From the human T2T-CHM13v2.0 reference genome, Homo sapiens, in NCBI RefSeq assembly GCF_009914755.1, contig NC_060930.1: DNA of 64,000 nucleotides; one strand, given 5' to 3'. Positions 36,926 to 50,882 of this stretch are shown one piece after another. The translations under genes were made by a program, and so were the position numbers. The notes under the pieces are model-generated. The model saw only the letters and a program-made list of their open reading frames with translations. It was not told the origin of the DNA and did no database searches. The stretch's first letter is position 1, and each line of letters begins with the position of its first letter.

Positions 36926-39439
36926 TTTCTCTTTTGCTAAGTTAAAATTCTGGACAAAGACAAAAATCCTTTCCTTAAAGGTTAACTATCTTAGAGATTC
37001 ATGGATTTGAATTACTGGCAGAAAGAAAAATTAGGAAGAGCAAAGATTAGCTGTGAGGTGAATGATAATACATGGGTGATTTCTATTTTTCAGTTTGCGA
37101 TTTAATTCTGTAGTCAATTATCTGTATTAAAAAACAAACTAACTAAAGTGCTCAAAACTTAGACTGATTTGTTATTTATCAGGTATTTATCCTAACACTT
37201 TAATTACTACTCATAACAGATTAATTAAACCTATTTGGCCTATATTCCTGGTAAAATGGGAGTTTTATATATGAAAAAATAGCACACATCATTTTTGGAT
37301 AATTAAAGGTAGTCCATTGTATGTGATATTAAAGGCTGATATCTTTAAATACGTCGTGACAATTTTAAGGGTGGAAATATAATTTAGCTTGACTTTTGGC
37401 TTTTTTTTTTTTTTAACATGGGTTAAAAAAGTTTAGTGTACTCAAAGACTACAGAATTGCCCTATTGTTATTTATTCAACTCAAGTACCAGGGGCTAAGA
37501 AAGTCAGGAAAGCCACTTTTTTTTTTTTTTTTTCCATTCTTCATCACGGCCTCTACTTCCCTGGCTCCCCAGATGTAGCATGGCCTTGTTTTGAAATGAT
37601 ACATTTAACAGCAATATTTTAAAAAGCCTTTTTCATTTGTACAAATGAGAAATCAGGTTCAAATGATTACAGGTAGAAGTGATCTTTAGCCTTTTCTTAG
37701 AATTTAAGTTAGGTTTACACGTAGAGGTAGGTGATCTTTGGCCTCACTTTAGAATTTGAGTTACAGGTTTTTGAAAGCCTGGTAGCCTGGTAGCCCTTTA
37801 CATAAGCTCTACATATCCTGCAATAGAGCAACCAAAGGATACTTTGACTGCTGTAGTAGACAGTTTCTTTTCTTTTGCTTATTAATACAAAGGTGCTTAG
37901 CGGCACAGTAGGAAAATTTAAATTCACTCTCCAAAAGCCCATTTATGTGGAATGTGTTAAAATTACTTTTTCCAAAATAATTTGCTAACCTAGTATTCTT
38001 CTATATTCAGAAGTTTAAAAATAAATCTCTTAAGCCTCAAGCAGAATAATGATTTAATACAAAAATAAAGATAAATGATTTTTTTTTCTTACAATATGGT
38101 CATTGTCTTTCACTGAGTTCTAAGGATGTTAACATTAAAGTTCCTATGATGAAAACACTTTAAACTCTATGATAGGAACTTGGAACTTTCTGTGGAAGGC
38201 TCTTAAGAAATCTGATACAACCAAAATATTTTTCAAAACTTGTGTTTGTTGTTGTTGTTGTTGTAAGTTGTGCTTGATTAAAGGGATTGTACTTTACAAT
38301 GCAAATATTAGAAGGCAGATTTGAAAGTGCTAGTATATTTTTAAAGAAATTCATATATGTTTTCTGAGTTGATTCTATCTGAACTTTTAAATAGACACAG
38401 AAGCAGAATCTCTTATCACTAAATTAGGTCATGGAATAATAGCACTATGCAAAGGTTCAGATGAAAAGATAGTGGTAACATCAAAATTTTCTCATTTTCT
38501 TAAAATTTAAGATAAAAATGAAGGGTCACTGTGTAGAGATTTCATGAGTTTGACTCATTAATTCACGAAGAAAGGAAAAGGAGAAGAATATATTTTTAAA
38601 GAAAAACATTAGAATGTGTTGGCTGTATTTCAGATGATGATTTGTTTTTAGTGATTTAGACCTCTATTATATTTCTGTAGAATTAGTATTGATCATTTCA
38701 ACTTTTTTAGGAGCCTTATTTTGCTCTAATTCAAAGGCAGCACATTCTGTCTTAAAATCGTGAATACTGCAGAGTTCTTCATAACTTTATGGATCCAGTC
38801 TTTTAGTATTCATTTGGATATTGCATTGTTGTTAGCTAGGTATCCCTATGTTGCTTGTTTGTATATTTAGAATATGGCTGATATACTTTATTTTCTTAAT
38901 ATATCCCAATGTATTTTAATATAGGAGCTTGCATGTGGAGTTCCGAATTTATTTTATGATAGCACTCTCAAATTTTATAGTACATTATTAATTTGCTAGG
39001 CTAAAAATCTAAGCCAGTCTCTGAGCCTTCAAAGAAATTCTAAAAAACAAAATGCTGTTAGTTGGAAGTATGATTTCAGTAGGAATATCTTCTGAATTGT
39101 TTGTGGTTCATATAAATATATTTTGAGGGAAGTTCTTGTACCAAAGTTCAAGGTCCTGATATTTACATAGTTTCTTTACATAGTGCACCAAGTTGATTTG
39201 TGAGGAAATGAAGAGAATTTAAATTAAAAATTTAAACCATGAATGTAAAATTGCTGGATATTTGCACATAGTACAGGGTTGAAGGGAGTTTTTTTTTAAG
39301 TTATCCATATGGCAGCAGAACTTTTAATAAACAATAGTTCTAACACAGATTCTTTATGGAAACAGAAAATAGGATTTATGAGGTGACATTTTGAGTATGT
39401 TAAGTAAAATGAAATAAGATTAGCTTTATTTTCCTATTT

Positions 39440-39670
39440 CCCCCCAGCCTTGCGAAGGTTTAGTGGCTGAATTACCACTTATAATTTGTTTTTTCATTCC
39501 TCGCATGCATTTCATTAACCTATTCCTGGCTCTGCAGCCAGCCTGCAGAGAAAAATCAGCAGAAGGATTTCTGAACAGATTGGCTACAACACGCTATAGG
39601 ACATATTTCAGAATCCAAGGACAATTTGATAACTTTTACTGTGCTTTACATTAATAATGTGAAAAGTTTC
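39440..39670. promoter_or_regulatory. Candidate regulatory block with a tandem TEAD-like site
   Basis: CATTCCtcGCATGC (39495-39508), CATTAA sites and ATTGG (39579) in unique DNA. Confidence 0.35.
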
Positions 39671-40170
39671 ATTTTGTTTAAATGGTATCTTAGAGAATTA
39701 ATGTTATTTAATAATATTTAAGTAAAAGTTATGAGATATTACCAAACAGTCAAAATTTAACTCATAGTTCATTGAAATTATTCTGACTGCTTCAGAGTCA
39801 GGATTAAATAGATTAGTATTGAAGTTCAGTTCAGGGATTTTACCACTTATTGGATGAACTACTGGAATAGTAGTAAAAGTTTTTTGTAATACAGTTGATT
39901 TTTCTTTGAAATAGTTATGAGACTCATGTAATAAAGATTGGAAGATATTTCAAACAGATGTAATTGTACAATTTTCTGAATATAACAGAATTTTGCCTTT
40001 CATTCTTTTTAAAAATAACTCTCAGTTATGTATGTTAGCGCAATAATGCAATTGCACATAAATAAATGAAATTGGTGTTGAAATGCAAAAAATTATTTTT
40101 CATATGAAAGTTACCTTTTAAATTATATTTTGATTTGACTTTAATTTTGTACATTTGCATTCCCCAACAG

Positions 40171-40195
40171 AGAATGATGGCTCAGAATGCCCCAG
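40171..40195 (+). other. Candidate 25-nt microexon AGAATGATGGCTCAGAATGCCCCAG
   Basis: tttgactttaattttgtacatttgcattccccaacag|...CAG|gtgaga: branch-like motifs, pyrimidine tract, TGC at -15 and a strong donor. Confidence 0.45.
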
Positions 40196-40614
40196 GTGAG
40201 AGGATGAGATGAGTTTGTGATTTAAAAATGCTGTGACTCTAAAAAGAAAATTTTTAAAGTTAAAAGGTACTTCAGTTCAACCTTTTGTCCTATAATTCCC
40301 TCATCCTGTCTGAAAACTCAGCATTCTCTGGTACTGTTTTATAACTTATTATTTGTTCGGGCCAGTGATAGTACACTCATTACCACCCTGCAAAAGGCAG
40401 CCTCTGTTTTGGGATATTTTAAGAATCAAATTGTTTCTTTCTTTTCTTCTTGCTTGTTTTGAGCTCAAATCTGCCCTATAATACCTTTTATTTGCAGTTT
40501 TTGTTCTGTGATAGAAAGCTACCAGAATGTCACTCATTCTCTACGTAAAAGACTATCAAATTCAGCTATTGCTACATTTCTCTGCTCTATTTTATAGCAA
40601 AAGTCCTGGAAAGA

Positions 40615-40735
40615 GTTCAATTCAGCAAATGTTTATGGAGTGTCTAATGTTATTTTAGGTTCTTAGGATATAAACAAACAAACAAACAAAATAAAGATCC
40701 CTGCCTTGAGGAAGCTTCTATTCTAGTTGGAATAA
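40615..40735 (-). mobile_element. L2 3' end
   Basis: ttcaattcagcaaatgtttatggagtgtcta..atccctgccttgaggaagcttctattctagttgg. Confidence 0.8.
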
Positions 40736-40789
40736 CAAAATAAAAGACAAGTTTACTAAATGATTTTAGAACACCATTGGCTCTAATTG

Positions 40790-42060
40790 CTTTTCTTCGC
40801 ATTCTTTCATGCACCTCCCAATAGGCTGTTGTCCCTGCTATTCTTCTGAACTACTCTTCACTTGAGAACTAGAATTTCATTATTTCTTCTTTATTCTCAG
40901 TCTTCATTAGTTTTTATCTTTTCAGCAACATTTGAAACAACAGAACACACCCTCCCTCCTTTTTGAAATATTGTCTTTATTTTTAGGACACCACTGGCTC
41001 TTACCTTTTTCCTTGACTCACTGCCACCCTTTCTATTCTCCTTTGCCAGCTTCTCCTCCTTTTCCAGGCCTTTAAATGCCCCAGGGCTCTGTCCCTACTC
41101 CCTCATCCTTCTCCTGTTTTTTTTCTCTGCCTATACTTACTTATTAGGTGATTTCACAGTTTCATGGCTTCAATGACATCTTTATGCTGGTATCTTTCAC
41201 ATATTCTATAATCCAAAGAAACTAAGACACTGATTCTGAAACTGACTTCTGATGCACCATTATTTTGTATACTACTAAGGAGAAAAAAAAGGTTGCCATT
41301 TCTCTGTAAGATATTATTGATTGTGAGACATGTCCCCATTTCAAAGATGTTAAAATAGTGAAAAAGAGTGTGTCATAGAATAAATGAAATGTGGCATATA
41401 TCCTGACCTCTCCTCTCAGATTCAGACTGGTATATCCAACGGCATATACAACATCTCCACTGAGTTGTTGAATGGGTGTCTCAGGTGGCATTCCTTAAAC
41501 TGAATTCTCAATTCCCACTCATTCCCAAATTTGCTCTTCCTCTAGTGGTCTCCACATCAATAAATGGAATCTCCATTCATCTGGTTGCTTTGCTCAAAAC
41601 CCCAAAGGTAATGTCTGATCTGAGTTTTCAACTTTGGCACAAATTTTATAATAAGCAAGTTCTCTACTCTCAAATAAATCCCCAAATTTGATCACTTTTT
41701 ACTACCTCTGCTACCACTCTTGTCTAAGACACTTTGTTTCTTGCCTATAATACTGAACCAGCCTCCTAACTGGCCTCTGGTGTCCATCTCTTGCTCCTAA
41801 GCAGTTGTATTTCACATATAGCCAGAGTGAGTGTTTAAAAAACAAACATCAAATTGCCCTACACCAACTCAAAACCTTACAGAGGCTTCTCTTTATATTC
41901 GAAATATATTCCATCCCTTTCCTTGGTTTTCAGGGCTCCACATGACCATGCTCCTGCCTCACTCTGTGACTTTACTCCCCATTGCTCTTTTCTGGGTGCC
42001 GTATTTTCCAGACACTTTGTTATTCTTGCTATTCCTCCACAGCACCATGCTAGTTTCCTC
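40790..42060 (+). mobile_element. L2a fragment, interrupted by MER104
   Basis: tcagcaacatttga..ccccagggctctgtcc..tcatggcttcaa..gacctctcctctcagattcagact..cagcctcctaactggcctc. Confidence 0.8.
41206..41394 (-). mobile_element. MER104-like (TcMar-Tc2)
   Basis: gatgcaccattattttgtatactactaagg..gattgtgagac..tttcaaagatgttaaaat..agaataaatgaaatgtgg. Confidence 0.7.
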
Positions 42061-42129
42061 CCTGCTCCCAGATCATTAGAGTGTCACATAATTTGAAGCC
42101 CTGCTACATGATGATCCTGCTGTCTTCAT

Positions 42130-43490
42130 CCTCCTACCCACAACCCAAGGTAACTAATTATGCCTTTGCCTTTATTTATGGTTTTAGCACATATATAGAC
42201 ACCTCTAAAGTATATATAACTTTTAGTTTTGTTCTGTGTAAATGGAATTATACTGTATGTGTTCTCATGTGAATTGCTCTTTCACTTAACATTATGATAT
42301 GTACAGCTGTACTTTGCTCATTTGCCCTGCTGTGTAGTATTTCATCGCGTGGATATACCAAATTCATTATTCATACATTTAACTGTCAACAGATTTTTTG
42401 CATGTATGTGGATATATTAACAGTGCTGCTGTGACAGTCATGTGCATGTTTCAAGATGAAATTGTTAAAACGTTTCACTGGAAGTGGATTTGGCATCAAA
42501 AGGAATATGTATCTTCAGTTTCACTAAATAATGCAAATAATTTTCCAGAGTAGTTATGCCCTTCAGCAGCATATAAAATTATCTGCAAATCCCCGACCTC
42601 AAGAAATCCTGATATTGTCAGACTACTTTTTCTTCTCAGTCAAATGGGTATAAATAATATTTCATTATTTAAATTTATATTTTCTCTATAATTTTATATA
42701 CTTATTGGCCATTAGTGTTTCTTTTTGTTACATTCCTATAAGTGCCTTTGCCAGTTTTTTTAAAATGAGATTTTTTAAGCTGATTTTAAATGTGTTCAAC
42801 TAGGATTACCTACCCTCCTATATGAGTATTTTGTTGGTTAAATATTCTGTAAGTATTTTCCATTTGTCATTGCTTAGTATTTTACTCTCTTTATAGTATT
42901 TTTTGATGAATAATAGTTCTTGATTTACCAACTTTTTCTTTTATTAATTGTACTTTTTGGATGTTATATAAGAAAACTTCCCTAGTCTGAAATCTTGTAG
43001 ATATTCTCCTATATTTTCTTCTAAGTGTTATAGAGTATTGTCTTATACATTCAACTACTGAATCCATCTGGAATTAACTTTTCTGTTTGGTATAGCTAAC
43101 AGTTAAATTCCATTTTTTTTCTATATAGAAAACCAGCTATTTCCATGCCATGTATTAAAGTGATCACCCTTTTAAATAAACTAAGAAGTCAACTCTGTCT
43201 TAAATCACAATTCACTATGTATTGATACTCTTTCTGGGTTCCTTATTCTGGTGATAAATTTGTATATCTCTTTGCCAATACCACCCGTCTTAATTGCTAC
43301 AGGTTTAAGTAATTCTATGTAACTGGTAAAACAAGTTCCCTGACCGTGTTCTTCTTCTGCAATATTTAGGCTGTTATTGGCCTTTTGATATTCTGCATAC
43401 ATTTTTGGAATACAATTTTCAAATTTAGTGAAAAAATCTGTTTATATTCTGATTGAAATTTTGGTAAATCTGTAGATCAATATGGAGAAG
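42130..43490 (-). mobile_element. L1ME-type 3' region
   Basis: aaatggaattatactgtatg..ctgctgtgtagtatttcat..atccatctggaatt..ctctttgccaataccac..aatctgtagatcaat. Confidence 0.75.
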
Positions 43491-43494
43491 CTTT

Positions 43495-43797
43495 ACCATA
43501 ACCAGCCCCAGCTAAGTCCCTAGGCACTGCATCTCAAATAAGCTTCCCTGGTAGATGACATTTCACATGAGCTGTCACAATTCATTGCTGTGGGAATTAA
43601 GTGTGCTTTGTGTGACTCTGCTAGGCGAGAACTCTTGGAAGCTTGTGCTTGCTTTTCTCTTGACTTTGCCCATGTGCTTTTTCCCCTTGCTGATTTCCCT
43701 TTCCTGATTTCCTTTTGCTTCGTATCCTTTCACTATAATAAATCTTAGCCATGAGCATGGCTATATACTGAGTCCTGTGAGTCCTTCTAGTAAATCC
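43495..43797 (+). mobile_element. MER21-family LTR, 3' part
   Basis: agcttccctggtagatgacatttcacatg..ggaagcttgtgc..aataaatcttagccatgag..ctgagtcctgtgagtccttctagtaaatc. Confidence 0.8.
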
Positions 43798-45331
43798 TGG
43801 TTACTTCCTACACACCCAGAGTATTTTTCCATTATATTTTCAGCTTTCCCATGATTTTATATTTCAGTGTATCTCTTGATAAAGCCTTCTTACTGTCTCC
43901 CTTTGTGGCAAAGATTTATTTAGCTAATCTTTTCAGGGTGTTATTTTCTAGGGTCCTGGTTTTATTATTTTTCTTGGATCTCTGCTCTGACATTTCACCA
44001 AGCAAGAGGCCTAGACTGAGTCTTCTTTTTCCATGAATGTTCCCTGAAACAAAGGTCCAGACCACCAAGGACTGGCAAATGCTGTAAAAATGTAGCAGTC
44101 AGCATCTGCATATTAGCCTAACCCTCTCTGGCTTCATGCTCCCTCTCTCTCTCTTCTTTTTTTCTCCTGTAAACATTTTATGCAGATACCATTACTATTC
44201 AGAGGCTTTCACTCTCAATTTAGTCCCTCATCAAATGCAGTGCCAACGCAGTTCTTTGCATCCTCTACTAAAGGCGGTATCTTTGATAGTCCAAACAGTC
44301 CTGGGCCCTGGAGCTGACACAGCTTGCCTTGGAAGAGATTTGGATGCAGATGTGTTTTATCCGCAGCCTGTAGCCATCTCTTCAACAAAAAGTATTTGTT
44401 CTAAACAGTTAAATTTTTTTTCAGGACACATATTATGGACATGCAGTGTTATCTAATTGCTAATTTATATTTGTTTATTTTGAATACAAAATAATAAATC
44501 CATAATTCCTATTAAAACATTGAAAAAACCCATTATTTCTAAATAGAGGGGCTTTTCAGAAGTTACATTCTCTTTTCTTATGTACTGATTCATTCTTTTT
44601 CTGGGAGTAATAGATAATAATAGCTCTTTGTATTTCCTATATTTTATCATGAAAAGTAAAACAGTAATCACATAATGATTTTATGACTTTTTACCTTCTC
44701 TAAGTGACTCCTAAGTGACTCCTTAATATCCTAATATTAATATCCTAATATTTATCCCAAAGATATTTAGGGGAGTCCTTGAGATCCTTAGTTGCCATAT
44801 TCGTATGGGTCCTAGATATAGAACTTGGTATTGATTGTAGCCCATAGTTCTGTTTTTGAGCTAAGCAAAACATGGATTTAAGTAAGACATGAACCCTAGC
44901 TCTAGGTCTTAGAAAAAAGCAATTATGAAATAATTTGAGGTTGCAGTATAAAGAGAGGCCATTTATATAATTCTGGGGACATGACTAGTTAGGATTTTAG
45001 GATAATGAAGGAAGATAGAGGTTTAGTCAGTTTAGGACATAGACTTTTCTTTGGCTTGGATTTTGTAGAAAAAATCTCATTCAATTGGGATTTCCAAAAA
45101 GTCATTGGATTATAGCAATTAAATTTTCAGTCACCTAATATGATTTTGGGTCATACAGTTGAGCATATCTCTGCAAGATTCTTTCATGGGAAGATTTTTA
45201 TGGAGGAAAAGGGAAGGTAGGTCAACTGGTCTATTGACTTTAGCACAGACTATTAACACTTGTTGAGTATCTCTCATATAGCAGATGTTATCCCTGACTG
45301 TCTATATTTGTTATTTTATTTTATACTTCTA

Positions 45332-45657
<326 letters not shown>

Positions 45658-45761
45658 TAAAAATGCCTCTCACAGATGAACAAATAAGACTCAGTTTAAG
45701 TAATTTACTTGAGGTCATGCAACTTTTGGCTCTAAAGCTTTGGCATGCTTATTATATATGC

Positions 45762-46152
45762 TGTCTTAGTCTATTTTCTGTTGCTGTAACAGAATACCAC
45801 AGACTGGGTGATTTATAAAGAAAAAGAGTTTGTTCAGCTTATGGTGCTGGAGGCTGAACCATGAGTATGGTAGATAAGTTGAAAAGTCCAAGAGTATGAC
45901 ACTGACATTTGGTGAGGGTCATTCCATGGTGGAAGGGCAGAAGGCAGGAACTCATGCATGAGACAGAGAAGAAAAGGGGGCCAAACTCCTGTGGTAACTA
46001 AACTACTCTTACAATAATGGCGTTAATCCATTCATGAGAATGGAGCCCTCATGGCCCAATTGCCTTCCAAAGGCCTCACCTCTTAACACTGCCATAATGG
46101 CAACCAAGTTTCCAACACATGAACTTTTGGGGGTCACACTGAAACCATAGCA
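45762..46152 (-). mobile_element. Solo MaLR LTR (MST/MLT1A-type)
   Basis: tgtcttagtc..aacagaataccacagactgggtgatttataaag..ttaatccattcatgag..aaaccatagca. TG..CA ends with 5-bp TSD tatgc / catgc. Confidence 0.9.
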
Positions 46153-46514
46153 CATGCAAACCTTGTGTTCCATAGATCATATACAGAATTAGCTCTGGTA
46201 GAAATGTGTATCACATAAGTCATTAAGGCAGAAGCTTGAACAGAAGGGGAACTGGACTAGTTTAATGTTATTCTCCATATTTGTTTGAAATGCTTTAAGT
46301 TCCTCCATTTCAATTTAGCATAGACTTAGGGACTGGGACAAAGCTGACCCCACTAATGAGGATCAGTTAGATTCTGTAAGATCTAGAGGCCGGCGGAGCT
46401 GACAGCATCAAAGTACATATAAATATGGAGAGGAATTCAGAACAAATGGCTTATCAAAGTAAGAAAGAATTAATAGGGAAGGGGTTTTGTGGCAGAAAGG
46501 ATTTGGATGATCTC

Positions 46515-46905
46515 TAATTCAGCAAATGTTTAACAGATGATTCTTTTGTATATGGCACTTTGCTTGGAGACAAGTAAAGCCAAGATGTATATGGCACCCT
46601 CTCTGCTCTCGAAGAATTTCTATTAAACAAATTACCTTAATATTTGGTGGAATGGAATAAATACTAAATAGAAGAACAAGTGCATGTTATGGAATCATGG
46701 AGCAATTACATGACTGGTGCATTAATGGAAGCCTTAACAAAAAAGGTGACAGGTAAACAGGTTATTGAAGGGTAAGTAAAACTTAAAAAAAATGGTAGAT
46801 CAGTTGACAAATTTCATGAGACAGCAACACGAAGAAACAGCACAGAGCAGGGAGTTGTCCAAGGAGGTAAATGAGATAAACAAGTCAATTTTACTTAGGA
46901 AATGA
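46515..46905 (-). mobile_element. L2 3' region
   Basis: aattcagcaaatgtttaa..ggcactttgcttggaga..aagtgcatgttatggaa. Confidence 0.55.
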
Positions 46906-46919
46906 CATAGATAGAATAA

Positions 46920-47719
<800 letters not shown>

Positions 47720-48689
47720 GGGCTTGGAGGCCCCACGTTGGAAACTGAGCAGAAAGCAGAGTAGAACAAGCTGTTGAAGTAACAGAAGCGGTTGGGCCAT
47801 GTTGAGACTGGTGAGAAATGAGACAGGAGAAGTATGATAATACAAATTGGCACAGAGCTGAGCAGGGGATTGATATATTAACAACTAGGAGACAGTCCAG
47901 TGTTTTTTGGGCAGTAGACTGATACAGTGAAGAATTTTAATCTTTCTCTCTTTCTTGTAATTTTTTTGTATTCCACTTTCTACCCTCTCTGCTCTGGCAT
48001 TGGTTATATTTATAGCAATGTTGATTTTGTTTCCTATGGCTATCTTTTGTGGAACTTAACACTGAAATTGATCAAGACTCCAAATCTCAGATATTGTGCC
48101 TCTTTGAAAAGAGATGAGAGTTTTCTAGAGATGATACACAGGGAACACAGACTCACTAGATACCTCTCAGTTGGATTTCATTTTTTCCTCTTCCAAATCC
48201 ATGTACCACTGAATTAGTATTTCTTTTATGGCAATAAACCCAGTATGATGTAGGCTATTGTTGTATGGCACTTGTCTTCAAACTACCCAAGCCCTCTCCC
48301 TTTATGCCAGATTGTAGCCTTCTTGGTGGGCAGGAACTAAACATTGTGCATATTTTAGAAGAAATTTTTCACAGTGCCAGTCCATTCTCTTGTATACAAT
48401 AGGTAGTCCAAAGCTTATGGGGAAAATTTTCCTTTAAATAAAACTATTACATGTTTATTAAAGCAAGTATTAGTATCTAGGCTTAGAGACTAGTTACCTG
48501 AAAATTTATTACTCTTTGAATGATTAAAGGAAGAAATAAGTTATGGAAGAGACTGTTTTGACATTTGGAATGTGCATGTGCATTTATCCCAAAAATAGGA
48601 AGTACTATTGTTTCCACAGGTCATAGGACGTTTCCTAGGAGTATAATTCTCAATCCTTAAGTCTCCTGTTCTCCTTTTCTCAAAAATTT

Positions 48690-49422
48690 TCTATTCAATA
48701 AAATTATTACATATGTGTAGATATTCCCTTCTACAGGAGGTGGAGTTCAGTTCTGCCCCCTACTCCCCTTGCCCTCCACTCTTTCCCCTTGAGTGTAAGC
48801 TAGACGTAGTGAATCATTTCCTAAGCATAGAGTGAGCAAAAGGAAAACAGTAACTTTACAGTGGAGAATACTGGAAAACATTATCTTAACCAAGTGATGA
48901 AAGTTACCATTAATCATGTTGTCATGTGGAGAACATGTACCCTTGATGTGACATGACAAAAGGGCACTTAACCTCTGTTGATTCCTTTTCAAAAGCCCAT
49001 AACCTCAATCTAACCATGGTAAAAATAACAGAAAAGGCCCAAACAGGGGACATTTACAGGATATTTGGCCAGTACTGCTTAAGACTGTCAAGGTCATGAA
49101 AAACAAGGAAAGACTGAGAAACTGTCACAGGTTGGAGAGACTTGACAACTAAATGCAATGTGGTACTCTGGATTTGATCCTGAAACAGAAAGAAGACATT
49201 AACGGGAAAAAATGGTGAAAGCCAAACAAAGTCTGGCATTTGGTTAGTAGTAATGTACTAACATTAGTTTCTCCATTTTGACCCAAATGTATTATACAAT
49301 ACTAACGTAAGATATTAACTAATGTAAGATGGGGGAAACTGGGTCAAGGAACAGAAACTCTTAAGTACTAATTTTGCAACCTGTAAATCTAAAATTATTC
49401 CAAAACAAAAAGTTTATTTAAA
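48690..49422 (+). mobile_element. L1MC/L1MD-type 3' end
   Basis: aggaggtggag..cagtaactttacagtggagaa..ctgtcaaggtcatgaaaaacaaggaaagactgagaaactgtcacag..ctgtaaatctaaaattattccaaaacaaaaagttta. Confidence 0.85.
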
Positions 49423-49424
49423 TA

Positions 49425-49950
49425 ATTGTTATGAAGTATTTCAGTAATGTAGAACATTAAGAAGGATATAATTAACAACACGTATTAATCACCCAAACTT
49501 AAGAGAGAAAAATTACAGATATACACTTTTCCTTGTGCTTTCACAATCCTGATACACTTTTCTTGAGAGGTAACCAGTATTCTAAATTGTGTTCATCATT
49601 TCTGTTTGTCTTTGTTTTATTCTACATATATGTGAATCTGTAAACTTTCTATATTATTGTGTTATACATATTTAAACTTGAATTAATGGAACAATACTCT
49701 GTCAACATTTTTTCAGCTTGCTTTGTTCCCCTAGTAATATGTTCTTGAATTTCATCTGTAAGGTTGATCAGTCCTGCTCCAGTCATTCATTCCATACCTA
49801 TTTATTATACCTGGTAGAATACTAGGTACTTAGGATTCAACAGTGAATCAAATATTTCTGGAAGGCCCTGTGCTCAAAGATGTATATATAAAAAGTGTTA
49901 TTGATAAGCTTATAGTCTAGTTAGGGAGCTTTCACACAGTAAGAGGCTGT
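49425..49950 (-). mobile_element. L1ME 3' end fragment followed by an L2 3' fragment
   Basis: gagaggtaaccagtattctaaatt..aatggaacaatactct; then cattcattcc..ctaggtacttaggattcaacagtgaatca..gcttatagtctagttaggg. Confidence 0.55.
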
Positions 49951-50004
49951 AATATGGATATTTATTTCTAACTTCATTGTTATCTACAAATACTCTCTGT
50001 TAGA

Positions 50005-50281
50005 TATTTTATTTTGATGGCCTGCAGACATGTTTTGTTTAGTCAACTCAATGCCTTTTAAAATTTTGTGTTAGTTATCAAGAGCAGTTAAAAATTAAGT
50101 GATTTCTTATAATGATTTGGTTTCCAGCTTCTCTTGAAAAGTCTGGCCCTAATGGGCTGATTCCAACATGGTTACCACCGGGAGGAGCAGAGGAGCTGTG
50201 GCTCTGAGTTACTCACAGCTCGCTTTGCCCTTTGCACAACTGCCTTACTTGCTGGACACCCCGGGAAGTTTCAGACACTTG
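50005..50281 (-). mobile_element. MER102/Charlie4-like hAT fragment
   Basis: ggcctgcagacatgttttgttt..tttccagcttctcttgaaaa..ttccaacatgg. Confidence 0.6.
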
Positions 50282-50644
50282 AGCTGTACAGTTAGGCATA
50301 TGCATGCTCCTTGTTTTCCCATACAATCTCTTAAATGTTGTCATTGATATTGTTGACAAATATGGGAGAGTAAAAAGATGTGTATATACACATAGAGCTT
50401 GAGATTTTCAACACTGTATATGCTATGGCAAATTTTTCTTTTTTTCTGAAAAGAATTATATCATTTTTATGAACACACAAACCAGTTTTTCTACAAGTGG
50501 GCACAGTTTTCCAAATTAGATGCTTTTATTGCAGTTTATTCCACTGTTTCTTGAGGGCCCAATACATTCAGGACATGGTTCTAACTGCTGAAGTGATTCA
50601 AAGAAATATATCGTAAGGTAGTAAAACACATTCATAAATGACTT

Positions 50645-50880
50645 TGTAATTCAACATATTTGTTGAGCACTTGCTGTAGGCTAGGAACTTACTATATGCA
50701 AAGGGAATGACATAGGTGAATAAGATGATTCTTGACTTCAAGTACTTTATTATTATCTGGAGCAGTGGTCCTCAGAGATGCATGTGCTGACATGGAGATT
50801 CCTGAGCCCACCTGCGCACCTTCTAATTTAGTGATTGAGGTAAATACGAGGCATCTTCAGTTTTAAGAAGTATCTCAGGC
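50645..50880. mobile_element. L2 3' end (minus strand) followed by a MER5A-like fragment
   Basis: attcaacatatttgttgagcactt..aggtgaataagat; then agcagtggtcctcag..ggagattcctgagccccacc..ttttaagaagtatctcagg. Confidence 0.6.
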
Positions 50881-50882
50881 AA

